Positions 45,873 to 54,649 of a DNA stretch of 64,000 nt are shown in pieces (position 1 is the stretch's first letter; each line of letters begins with the position of its first letter). The notes beneath the pieces are model-generated. The model worked only from the letters and a program-made list of their open reading frames with translations. It did no database searches and was not told the origin of the DNA. A program made the position numbers and the translations under genes. Origin of the DNA: Candidatus Omnitrophota bacterium (lineage in GTDB: Bacteria; Omnitrophota; Gorgyraeia; Zapsychrales; Fredricksoniimonadaceae); NCBI GenBank assembly GCA_013285735.1, contig JABDGZ010000003.1:19756-83755 (forward strand), written 5' to 3'.

Positions 45873-46771
45873 AAAAAATAATTTTCATCCTTATGTTGAT
45901 GATAGGACTTCTCACTTCGTATACGGATTTGAGAGAAAAGAAAATTTATAATCAACATTTGATGATCGGCTATGGGTTAGGGTTTTTAGCCTTAGCTTAT
46001 GCAGTCATTGTTTGGCATGAGGATATTGTTGTTCATCTGATCAATGTTTTAGTTGCTGCATTAATTGGGTTTCTCATGTATCGTTGGGATTTGTGGAGGG
46101 GCGGAGATGCTAAATTATTCACCCTTTACGCTTTTCTCATGCCGACACCAACCAATCATTTACTTCCCTTTGCCAATAGTGTGGCCTATTTGTTTGCTAG
46201 TTCATTTATCGCGGGGATGATGATCCTAACGCCTGTATTTTTAAAGGATATTATTGTTAATTATCGAAACCTTAAAGCAGATTTATTGTCTCTTCCCAAG
46301 CGCAAGGCCTTATTTGAATCGATGATGCAAATGACCATATATTCTTGGATATTACTCCCCTTATTTAATATACTCAAAATTGTCAATCCAGTGATTATTT
46401 TCACCATCTTGTATATCATTTTTAATCATAGTTATTCGTTCAAGAAAAAAGTGCCCCAACATTATATATTCGGATATTTTAAAAGAATTTTCTTTAGGCT
46501 ATGCGTGGCCGTCCTATTGGGAGTTTTGTTGCGTTGTTGGCTTTCACCACAATCTTTAACTCTTTTATCCATAATACGTTATATACTAATGATTACATTA
46601 TCTTGCCTATGCTCAGTGATCCTTAAAACCACATTTGATTATTTTAAAGATTATCAAGACCGTGTTCCTTTTGCGCCATTGCTTTTAATAGGATGTTTGC
46701 TTAGTTATACGCCTTTTTTAAAAGATGTTATTCATGTCATGTCACTTCGCAATTTATTGTTCTCACCTTAG
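45866..46771 (+). CDS. A24-family (prepilin peptidase-like) aspartic membrane protease
   Basis: The two catalytic-Asp contexts, YTDLREKKIYN and WRGGDAKLF. Polytopic, with extra C-terminal TM segments and no N-terminal methyltransferase domain. Confidence 0.6.
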   Translation: MVEKIIFILMLMIGLLTSYTDLREKKIYNQHLMIGYGLGFLALAYAVIVWHEDIVVHLINVLVAALIGFLMYRWDLWRGGDAKLFTLYAFLMPTPTNHLLPFANSVAYLFASSFIAGMMILTPVFLKDIIVNYRNLKADLLSLPKRKALFESMMQMTIYSWILLPLFNILKIVNPVIIFTILYIIFNHSYSFKKKVPQHYIFGYFKRIFFRLCVAVLLGVLLRCWLSPQSLTLLSIIRYILMITLSCLCSVILKTTFDYFKDYQDRVPFAPLLLIGCLLSYTPFLKDVIHVMSLRNLLFSP

Positions 46772-46822
46772 ACGAGGTAGTTGTTAGTTGCTTTTAGTAT
46801 CATTCAATTCTATACTTTATAT

Positions 46823-47821
46823 ATGAAGAAGATTGAAGGTATGGATGCTCTCACCATTGATGAGATATCGTCCCTTTGGAGCAGAAATGATTATGTCAAG
46901 GGGATGACAGCTGCCGATATAAGACGGCATCTGACCTGGAAATACCATCCTGACTATGCTTGTGTTTTTGTGGAACGTCTAGATAGAACTGTTGTAGGAA
47001 CCTGTGGATATATACGGACAACCCTTTTATCAAGGCGCGGTGATCTTGAATGCCGATGGGGGATGGATTCATTGATCGATAAGGACCAAAGAGGGTTAAA
47101 CACAAATGCTTTTTTAAAACTTATGCGGGTGCCGCTTCGATTTAATGATGTTTCTCGCCAAATACTTTTATGTTTTCCCAATCATGTAGTGAGAAGTACT
47201 TATTTAAAAATTGGAATGCGTCCACTGGGAGATTTTGCCCGATACCGATATTTATTGAATCGGTCAGAATCTTCAGCCCCATCAAAGTCTCCAGTTAGAA
47301 ATATGAAGGATATTTTATCCTTTACATGGAAAGATGGTTTTTTTGATCCGGCAATCGGTGAATTATCCTCAAGGTTAAGTAAGAAATTTTTATTTCTTCC
47401 TAAGCGAGACATGAGGTATCTTAGGTGGCGTTATAATGCATGTCCTACCTATCAGTATAAGGTTTTAATTGTTCATAAAAATGATTCGGTCGAAGGTTTT
47501 TTGGTGCTTCGTATTAGAAAAGAAGGTTCATTATTAAGAGCAAGCATCATTGATCTTTTATGCGATCCGGATAACCGTGACCTTATCCATGGTATGTTTG
47601 ATGAAGTAAACCACTACTGTAGGGAGCGAGAGGTCGATCACATCGTCGTTACTATTAATCATGCTGGCTTTGTGGATGCCTTAACACAGATCGGCTATGT
47701 TAAAGAAATGAGTATAGATTTGTTTTGCTGGGCTAAGGACAAAATCTTACTACAGCAACTTGAACAATCTTCTAGGGGAATTCATATAACCGCAGGGGAT
47801 GGTGATTATGACATGGAGTGA
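46823..47821 (+). CDS. GNAT-like acetyltransferase (tentative)
   Basis: LRWRYNACPTYQYKVL...GFLVLR...IIDLL...REREVDHIVV...LTQIGY pattern of GNAT-type proteins common in surface-polysaccharide loci. The ATG at 46823 is preferred to the TTG at 46781. Confidence 0.4.
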   Translation: MKKIEGMDALTIDEISSLWSRNDYVKGMTAADIRRHLTWKYHPDYACVFVERLDRTVVGTCGYIRTTLLSRRGDLECRWGMDSLIDKDQRGLNTNAFLKLMRVPLRFNDVSRQILLCFPNHVVRSTYLKIGMRPLGDFARYRYLLNRSESSAPSKSPVRNMKDILSFTWKDGFFDPAIGELSSRLSKKFLFLPKRDMRYLRWRYNACPTYQYKVLIVHKNDSVEGFLVLRIRKEGSLLRASIIDLLCDPDNRDLIHGMFDEVNHYCREREVDHIVVTINHAGFVDALTQIGYVKEMSIDLFCWAKDKILLQQLEQSSRGIHITAGDGDYDME

Positions 47822-48780
47822 TCATGATTCTAGATGTAGATGAAAAAATATTGATTTCGAAAGAATTGCGAAAATATTTCAGAGGTATTCATGAAATCCA
47901 TAAGATCAAAGAGAGTTCTTGGAGCAGTGTTTATCATATATTGACCACCAATAGGATACTTTTTTGCAAGGTTGGGCCGTTAGCAGGTGCCGTGACCCAT
48001 GAGTATCAGATCCTGGCCTTTTTGAGGGCTCAAGGCCTGCGGTGTGTTCCTGAAATTCTCAGTTATTCTGAAATTGGAGGCAAGGCTTTGTTGGTGACGC
48101 GTTTTATCAAAGAGACAGGCTATTATAATGTTAGAAAATTAGCTGAGAATTTTGCCAAAGTCCATGCGTTGAAACACAAAGATGAAACTTGTAAGAATTT
48201 TCCAATTGAATTTATCTTAGGAATGGAAAATGAGCTTTCGGATCTACAGTATATATGGGGTAAGGAAAATCCCAAACGGGTTCGTCTGATGAATAAGCTT
48301 GGTGATGCCTTGAAGCAGATGAGAGTTTTATATAAGAAACGTAAGCAGTTATTTGCCCAAGAGCCTTTGCGTTTAATCCAAATGGATGCTCAAGATGTGG
48401 TAATCCCTTCTGTCAATGAAATGTATTTGGTAGATTGGCATCTGGCAAGATATGGTGATCCGGCATGTGATTTAGCCCGGTTGTTTATCTATGAACAAGA
48501 CAAGACTAAAAAATTTGACCGTGATGAATTTATTAAGATGTACGCAAGGGGTATACCTGTTAACGATTCTTTATTATGGAGAATCAACTATTTTCACCTA
48601 GGAAGTTTAGTTGCGATGTTATTATATTCCTTTGGAGATAGTGTCAATTTGGTCCGTTATAAGTCTTCTCCTTTGGTTGTTCAACAATCTGAAAAGGATT
48701 TTTTTAGGAGATTATTAGATAAGAAGATAGAAAATAATTTTGATCAAATATATTTGATGCTTGAAAGGTTGGGGCATTGA
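47818..48780 (+). CDS. Aminoglycoside/choline-kinase-like phosphotransferase (APH family)
   Basis: LIQMDAQDVVI...YLVDWHLARYGDPACDLARL matches the kinase catalytic-loop and DxD/DLA region. GTGA overlap with the upstream gene. Confidence 0.6.
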   Translation: MIMILDVDEKILISKELRKYFRGIHEIHKIKESSWSSVYHILTTNRILFCKVGPLAGAVTHEYQILAFLRAQGLRCVPEILSYSEIGGKALLVTRFIKETGYYNVRKLAENFAKVHALKHKDETCKNFPIEFILGMENELSDLQYIWGKENPKRVRLMNKLGDALKQMRVLYKKRKQLFAQEPLRLIQMDAQDVVIPSVNEMYLVDWHLARYGDPACDLARLFIYEQDKTKKFDRDEFIKMYARGIPVNDSLLWRINYFHLGSLVAMLLYSFGDSVNLVRYKSSPLVVQQSEKDFFRRLLDKKIENNFDQIYLMLERLGH

Positions 48781-49472
48781 GTAAGATTGCACAGGTATTA
48801 TTTACCAGAGTTCCAGTTCCAGGAAGAACAAAAAAGCGTTTAATGCCATTTTTAACACCACAACAAGCCGCAGACCTACATGAGGCGATGATATACGACA
48901 CCCTTCATGTGATGCAACGGGCGAAAGCTGATTTGTTGATCTGTTATGAGCCTTCGATAAAGAAGGTCTTTTTTGAGGAATTAGTTAGGAGACAATCTAT
49001 TTATCCTCAACGGGGAAAGCTTTTATCTAAGAAAGTCATCAACTGTTTTGTTGATATGCATGAAAAAGGATATAAGGGTGGGCTTCTACTTGTTTCAGAC
49101 ACCCCAACCGTGCAAACATGCTATTTGCAAAAGGCCATCCGCGTCCTTCAAGAACCACACCCGGTCGTCGCGATTGGACCTTCCCATGATCGTGGTGTAT
49201 ATTTGATTGGAACAAATCGTCTTGATCAACTTAAATACCTTGAGAAAATACCATGGAGTAAAAGCTCGATACTCGAGTTATTATTGGCGAATATCCGTGA
49301 AACAGACCTTAGTTTAAGATTTTTACCTGTTGTTAAGGATATTGATGAAAAGCAAGATGTTTATTGGCTGTTAAGCGAGTGTGCGCGGGTATCCAAAGAT
49401 GAGTTAAAACATGTGAAAAGTTTTTTTCGGAAACAGGGTAAATCTATATTTAGTTTAGTTTCTGATGCCTGA
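48777..49472 (+). CDS. DUF2064 family (GT-A/nucleotidyltransferase-like) protein
   Basis: VLFTRVPVPGRTKKRLMPFLTPQQAADLHEAMIYDT is the typical DUF2064 N-terminus. TTGA overlap start. Confidence 0.6.
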   Translation: MSKIAQVLFTRVPVPGRTKKRLMPFLTPQQAADLHEAMIYDTLHVMQRAKADLLICYEPSIKKVFFEELVRRQSIYPQRGKLLSKKVINCFVDMHEKGYKGGLLLVSDTPTVQTCYLQKAIRVLQEPHPVVAIGPSHDRGVYLIGTNRLDQLKYLEKIPWSKSSILELLLANIRETDLSLRFLPVVKDIDEKQDVYWLLSECARVSKDELKHVKSFFRKQGKSIFSLVSDA

Positions 49473-49482
49473 GGAGGCCAGG

Positions 49483-50316
49483 ATGGTTGGTGTCAATAAA
49501 AAGCCCATGAAGATCAAGGAAGTGCTAGATGCCTATGGTGGTTTTGTTAGGTATTTTGGAACCACCGAATTGATGCAAAACATGGTGGCCTATGTTGATC
49601 CGAAGAAGCCCCTTCAGATTTTGGCTTGCTGTGGCGGAGGGGATCAATCTTTGACATTTTTAGGACATTGTCAGAAGGGTACAGAAGTTTATGCCTTTGA
49701 CCTGAACCCGGCACAATTATTTGTACTGGCATGTAAAGCTGTTTATTTAGAAGACACAAAGCTTAAAGTATTTGACCCTACATTTGACAGAATCAGTCGG
49801 CTGCATTTGGGCAGAATAAGGAAATTACCCAGAAATGTACAAAAGATCACAAAATTAGTTAATTTGAGAGGGAACAAGAATATTGACCTCAAAGAGGATT
49901 TCAGGGAAAAATTTGGGTTTGAGATCGATTCAGGTCTATTCGATTTTAAACCACAGTCGCTGCACTGGGTAAAAGACAGGCGATTTATGGCAGCTATCCG
50001 AAAGCAGTTGCATCATTTGAATTTTATCCGTGAAGATGTTTTATATATTTCTGATTGGTTTGCCAAAGGATCCTTGGATGTCATTTACTTATCAGATATC
50101 CCATTACATAACGCCATTCCGTACTATTTAGAACGTTTAAATACGCTAATATTGCGTTTAAAACCTGGTGGCCTTGTCATGGGTAACACCGAAGATCTCA
50201 ATGAGCTTGACCGTAATCCAACGATTATGGAAATTTTATTGAATTACCAGGATTTGTTTGGATTAAAATTAGTCGGGCAACGAAAAAAATCCTTATGTCT
50301 TCGCCGCAATCAATAG
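49483..50316 (+). CDS. DUF3419 (BtaA-like, SAM-binding fold) protein
   Basis: ILACCGGGDQSLTFL and AFDLNPAQLFVLACKAVYL resemble DUF3419. GAGGAGG SD precedes the ATG at 49483. Confidence 0.5.
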   Translation: MVGVNKKPMKIKEVLDAYGGFVRYFGTTELMQNMVAYVDPKKPLQILACCGGGDQSLTFLGHCQKGTEVYAFDLNPAQLFVLACKAVYLEDTKLKVFDPTFDRISRLHLGRIRKLPRNVQKITKLVNLRGNKNIDLKEDFREKFGFEIDSGLFDFKPQSLHWVKDRRFMAAIRKQLHHLNFIREDVLYISDWFAKGSLDVIYLSDIPLHNAIPYYLERLNTLILRLKPGGLVMGNTEDLNELDRNPTIMEILLNYQDLFGLKLVGQRKKSLCLRRNQ

Positions 50317-51674
50317 CGCTTCTTTATTTGGATGGACAACAAGAGACCACGCCGATGGCCTTGGTTGAGGCTATTGTATTATTAGAGAGACAGGGAGTTG
50401 ATTTTTCATTATATGAGCCTGCTCTTGAGAATGAAACAGATTGGGAGGCTGCTTTATTAAAGACATTTTTACGGATTCGAGAGAAAGTTATATTGATTTC
50501 TTTTTCTAGCGAGAATCATTTTATTGCTGTTGGCTCCCTGATTTTTTTAAGTAAACACATAGATTTGTTACAGGGTAAAGAAGTGCATGTTTGTTTGCCT
50601 GCCCTTGGATTGTTCGAAAAACTGCCGTTTGAGCGTGCGCATGTTATCTTCCATAAGCGTTTGTTGAATGAGTTGGTTCGGGAACTTTTTTTTAGCCCAG
50701 AAGAATATCAAGAAAAATATGTTCAAGAAATGGTTGCGGTCATGAACAGATATGGCTATTCAGGGAGAATTGTTTCTGGGGCCTTGAATCCTGATTGCAG
50801 GTATCATTGTGCGTTTTGTTTTTCCAGAGAATCCGCGGGAGGGCGCGGCCCCAATTCCCCACGCAGGATGGATCGTATTATGCAGCTAATGGATGTTGCT
50901 GAAATTTCTGAGGCTAAGTTTTTTAAATTTACTGATCCCAATTTTATTCATGATACAACGGGTGTGGCAGGGTTTATTGACCACTATCGGGTTAAATCTT
51001 ATCGTACGCCATGGCATTGCAGCGCAAGGTTGGATTTGTTGAATAAGAATAAAGAGATCTATGAACAAATGGTAAGCAATGGCTGTGAATATATATTAAT
51101 GGGCGTTGAACATGCGGTCAGCCGCATTGGTTCTTCTTTGAATAAGGGTGAAGATTCCAGACATGAGCTTGCAGAATTCTTGAAGCATTGGGACCGAAAG
51201 ACAATCCTTAGCCTATCTTTTATGACTGGTTTTAAGAATGAAAGCACTGACGACAGTCTGCTTAATTTGGATTTTATTAAACGCCTTAGGAAAATTAAAG
51301 GGATTCGAGCGTATTTAGGATATTACATGCTTTTTCGTCAGGAAAAGATCCAAGATTCTGAAACGAATTATTTAATAGGTTTAATTTATTTGTTACGCAT
51401 GGTTCCATCAGGAAAGACGCTTTCGTTAAAGTATGCTAGGAGTTTGTTAAGTCATTGTATTGCTAATCCTTTTTTTAGTTTTTACTATCTGACCGTTAAT
51501 GGGGAAAGTTTAAAGATCATACAAGGGATCATGCAAACGTTTGAAGAAGATCAAGATCTTAAAGACTGTATGCCGGAAATGAAACGTTTTTTACAAGAAG
51601 CGCCTGAATGGATTAAGCCTGTCCAAGATGCAAGTTCTCTTCGTGAGCTCAATAATGTCCTTTTGTATGGATAA
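50295..51674 (+). CDS. Radical SAM protein with N-terminal Rossmann/B12-binding-like domain (tentative class B)
   Basis: CRYHCAFC cluster motif at about residue 168, preceded by an alpha/beta-like region. 459 aa. Confidence 0.7.
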   Translation: MSSPQSIALLYLDGQQETTPMALVEAIVLLERQGVDFSLYEPALENETDWEAALLKTFLRIREKVILISFSSENHFIAVGSLIFLSKHIDLLQGKEVHVCLPALGLFEKLPFERAHVIFHKRLLNELVRELFFSPEEYQEKYVQEMVAVMNRYGYSGRIVSGALNPDCRYHCAFCFSRESAGGRGPNSPRRMDRIMQLMDVAEISEAKFFKFTDPNFIHDTTGVAGFIDHYRVKSYRTPWHCSARLDLLNKNKEIYEQMVSNGCEYILMGVEHAVSRIGSSLNKGEDSRHELAEFLKHWDRKTILSLSFMTGFKNESTDDSLLNLDFIKRLRKIKGIRAYLGYYMLFRQEKIQDSETNYLIGLIYLLRMVPSGKTLSLKYARSLLSHCIANPFFSFYYLTVNGESLKIIQGIMQTFEEDQDLKDCMPEMKRFLQEAPEWIKPVQDASSLRELNNVLLYG

Positions 51675-51685
51675 GGAGTTCTTTA

Positions 51686-51784
51686 ATGAAAAAACTTGAA
51701 GGGAAGTACGGAGTTCTATTTCTTTCTCCGACATATGCGTTTTTAAGTAAAGAAGCAGTTAGTGCTACACAACAGTTGGCATAA
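51686..51784 (+). CDS. 32-aa small ORF (MKKLEGKYGVLFLSPTYAFLSKEAVSATQQLA), candidate peptide
   Basis: AAGGAG SD 7 nt upstream of the ATG. Lies in the only sizeable intergenic gap of the rSAM locus. Confidence 0.3.
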   Translation: MKKLEGKYGVLFLSPTYAFLSKEAVSATQQLA

Positions 51785-51861
51785 CTAATAGGGGCAGGTC
51801 AATATTTCATAAGCGCAATATTTGGTTGAATCCAGGATTGTGTTTTGAAAAGTTAAAGAAA

Positions 51862-53445
51862 ATGGAAATGAGTAAATTAATAAAAAGACCAAACATCGCA
51901 TTAATTCTTAGCGCAGTCAGTGCGATGGGATTCTTTATAATTTATGTTTTAACTTATAAAAGAGGTGTCGGAATTACAGCAGATGGTCCAACCTATATAC
52001 ATATGGCAAGGTGTTTAAATAGTCTGGATCTATGTGATAAAAATCATTTAATTCTAAGTGTTAATGAATGGCAACATTTCCCTCCTCTATTTCCGTTTGC
52101 TTTGGCGACTATCCATTGGTTGGGTGGCCCAGATCCCATCTTAGGTGCACGTTTCTTAAATGCTATTCTTTTTAGCGTAAATATTTTTATGTTTGGGTCA
52201 TTGATTTATAAGAATACAAAAGATGCTTATCTAACCTCTATAGGTGCATTATGGATGTTAATGAAAATTGATATTTTGAGTATTCATACCGCAGCCATGT
52301 CAGAACCTTTATTTATAACCTTTATGCTTTCTTGGGCGTTATTATTTTTAGATTATTTTACGACACGAAGAGTCGTTTCCTTGTTGGGATTTTCGTTGGC
52401 AGCTGCGTTAGCCTGTATGACACGATTTGCCGGCATACCTTTAGTTTTAACAGGGCTTCTGATGCTTTTACTCGAAAAGAAGAAAAATGAAAAGAATTCA
52501 TTTTCACCAACATTCATTTTTATGATTGTTAGCTTATCACCCTTAGTTTTGTGGATGGTAAAGAATTACCTAGAAATAGGTCATTTTGTAGCTGTAGATA
52601 GAGGAGTTTCTCTTCATTCATTCTCATTTCAAGGCCTACATTGCTCTTGGCCAATTAATCATTCCAATTTCACATATATCGCGTTGGTCTTGATTTTTAT
52701 TCTGATTTATCTCGGCTGGCGTATTTGGATAAAAAGAACTTCTGCAGCAGAAGATGCATCAACTTCTTTGATGTCATTCATGCATACAATTATAATTTTT
52801 ATCTTCATCTATATTATTTTTTGGGGTATTGTCGGGATGTCTGTTCAATATAAAGCAACACCAGGCAGGTATTTTCTTCCACTTGAAATTTTTGGGATCA
52901 TTCTGTTTTTTATTCTAGTCCATTTATTCTTGTCAATGACAGAAGGCTATAAATCTTTGAAATTTTGTTTTGTTTTTTTTCTCTTGCTGTACTTTGTTGG
53001 AATTAATTCTCTGAGTGCTGTGCCATGGTTTGAATATAGGTATAATATTGGAATGGAGTATGACGGACAGGATTGGGACAGCTCAGAGATTATTACGGAA
53101 ATCCAAAACATTCCATCAAATATGATGATATATACAAATAACCCTTGGATACTTTATGTAAGAGGGAACAGGAGATTGCTTCAAATCGTTGGCTTATCGC
53201 AAAAGTCTAATACATTGTCAACATTACGTTTATATTCTGACTGCTATTCTATAAAAAGGATGACACAAGATTTGTATGACAAGAAAGGGCTTATAGTGTA
53301 TTTTTATTCGATGCCTGATTGGTATAGAGAGGATAAAGATTTACCCAACATTATTTCATTAGACGAACTTAAAAAGATCCTTCCTTTGAAATTACTATAC
53401 AAAGTGTCTGATGGTGTAATATATGGTTGGAATGAACAAAAATGA
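51862..53445 (+). CDS. Polytopic GT-C-like (ArnT/PMT_2-like) membrane glycosyltransferase, tentative
   Basis: More than 10 TM segments. The first loop carries ITADGPTYIHMARCL. C-terminal soluble domain. Start ATG at 51862 (MEMSK). Confidence 0.45.
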   Translation: MEMSKLIKRPNIALILSAVSAMGFFIIYVLTYKRGVGITADGPTYIHMARCLNSLDLCDKNHLILSVNEWQHFPPLFPFALATIHWLGGPDPILGARFLNAILFSVNIFMFGSLIYKNTKDAYLTSIGALWMLMKIDILSIHTAAMSEPLFITFMLSWALLFLDYFTTRRVVSLLGFSLAAALACMTRFAGIPLVLTGLLMLLLEKKKNEKNSFSPTFIFMIVSLSPLVLWMVKNYLEIGHFVAVDRGVSLHSFSFQGLHCSWPINHSNFTYIALVLIFILIYLGWRIWIKRTSAAEDASTSLMSFMHTIIIFIFIYIIFWGIVGMSVQYKATPGRYFLPLEIFGIILFFILVHLFLSMTEGYKSLKFCFVFFLLLYFVGINSLSAVPWFEYRYNIGMEYDGQDWDSSEIITEIQNIPSNMMIYTNNPWILYVRGNRRLLQIVGLSQKSNTLSTLRLYSDCYSIKRMTQDLYDKKGLIVYFYSMPDWYREDKDLPNIISLDELKKILPLKLLYKVSDGVIYGWNEQK

Positions 53446-53457
53446 GTTAAGAAATAA

Positions 53458-54633
53458 ATGTACAAGACACTAAGACATGTAGATCATTTTATTGCCAAAA
53501 TACTATATTCTTTCCGATGGTTTTTTTTACTGAGATCGGTGGATCGAAGTAAAATGCCACGTATTAAGAATATTTTGTGTATAAAGCTGTGGGGATTGGG
53601 AAATTTAACTATCATTTATCCTCTCATTCTAAAATTAAAAGAAAAATATCCAGAGGCAAATATAGTATTCATTACCTTTGATTTAAATAAGGGACTGTTA
53701 GAGAACAATGGGGCCATAAGTAAAATACTATATGTAAATTTTTCTAAGAACATTCTTAATTTGCTAAAGCAGTTTATATTTTTGCTGAGAGTATTAAGGC
53801 ATGAAAAGATCGATGTAGTCATTAATTTTGAGAATATTAATAATGTATCAGCTTTTTTTTCTTATCTAATTCAAGCTCCGATACGAATTGGTCGTACGCA
53901 TAAGTATGATGGTATATTTTATACGCATCCGGTAATCCCATCGAATTCACAACATATATCACATCAATTTCAATCACTTTTAGAACCTTTGGGCATTACT
54001 AGCAGTTTTGGTTATGCCCACCTTTCTGGTACAGATAATGATAGGATCAAAGTTGAATCACTTTTGGAAGGTTTTGAAGTTGATGAATTTATATGCATTC
54101 ATCCAGGGACAAGTAATAATTTCAAAGGTAAAAGATGCAGTAAGAGATTTTTCTCAGATTTAACGTTGCAATTTATTTTACAACAACGGATCCCAGTTTT
54201 TTTCATTGGTAAAAACATAGATGAGAATTTATCAGAAGAAATAATCAAGATGCTCCCAAATAAATTTAAAGTCATTGATCTTACAAACCAATTAACGATA
54301 GGACAGCTCATAGAGCTATTGCGAAGGAGTCGACTACTTGTTTCAAATGACACAGGACCTGCTCATATGGCAGCTTCATTGGGCGTCAACGTAGCTGTCC
54401 TGTTTGGTCCCACTTCACCGCAGCAATACCAACCGTTAAATACAAATAGCTTAGTTTTTTATAAAAACTGTCCGTGTGGATCTAATCGGGGTGTTTCATA
54501 TGATAACAAAATGTGTACCTATAATTCTTTTTGTTTGGACTTTTCTCCTCTGGAAATTCATCAAGCTATATCTAAGAAATTCTTCATAGAACAGAAAATT
54601 ATTAAAAATGAACATGCCAGGAATTTAATTTGA
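53458..54633 (+). CDS. Glycosyltransferase family 9 (heptosyltransferase-like)
   Basis: LWGLGNLTIIYPLILKLKEKYPEANIVFIT and NDTGPAHMAASLGVNVAVLFGPTSP. Confidence 0.8.
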   Translation: MYKTLRHVDHFIAKILYSFRWFFLLRSVDRSKMPRIKNILCIKLWGLGNLTIIYPLILKLKEKYPEANIVFITFDLNKGLLENNGAISKILYVNFSKNILNLLKQFIFLLRVLRHEKIDVVINFENINNVSAFFSYLIQAPIRIGRTHKYDGIFYTHPVIPSNSQHISHQFQSLLEPLGITSSFGYAHLSGTDNDRIKVESLLEGFEVDEFICIHPGTSNNFKGKRCSKRFFSDLTLQFILQQRIPVFFIGKNIDENLSEEIIKMLPNKFKVIDLTNQLTIGQLIELLRRSRLLVSNDTGPAHMAASLGVNVAVLFGPTSPQQYQPLNTNSLVFYKNCPCGSNRGVSYDNKMCTYNSFCLDFSPLEIHQAISKKFFIEQKIIKNEHARNLI

Positions 54634-54649
54634 AAGAAGTTAATGAACT

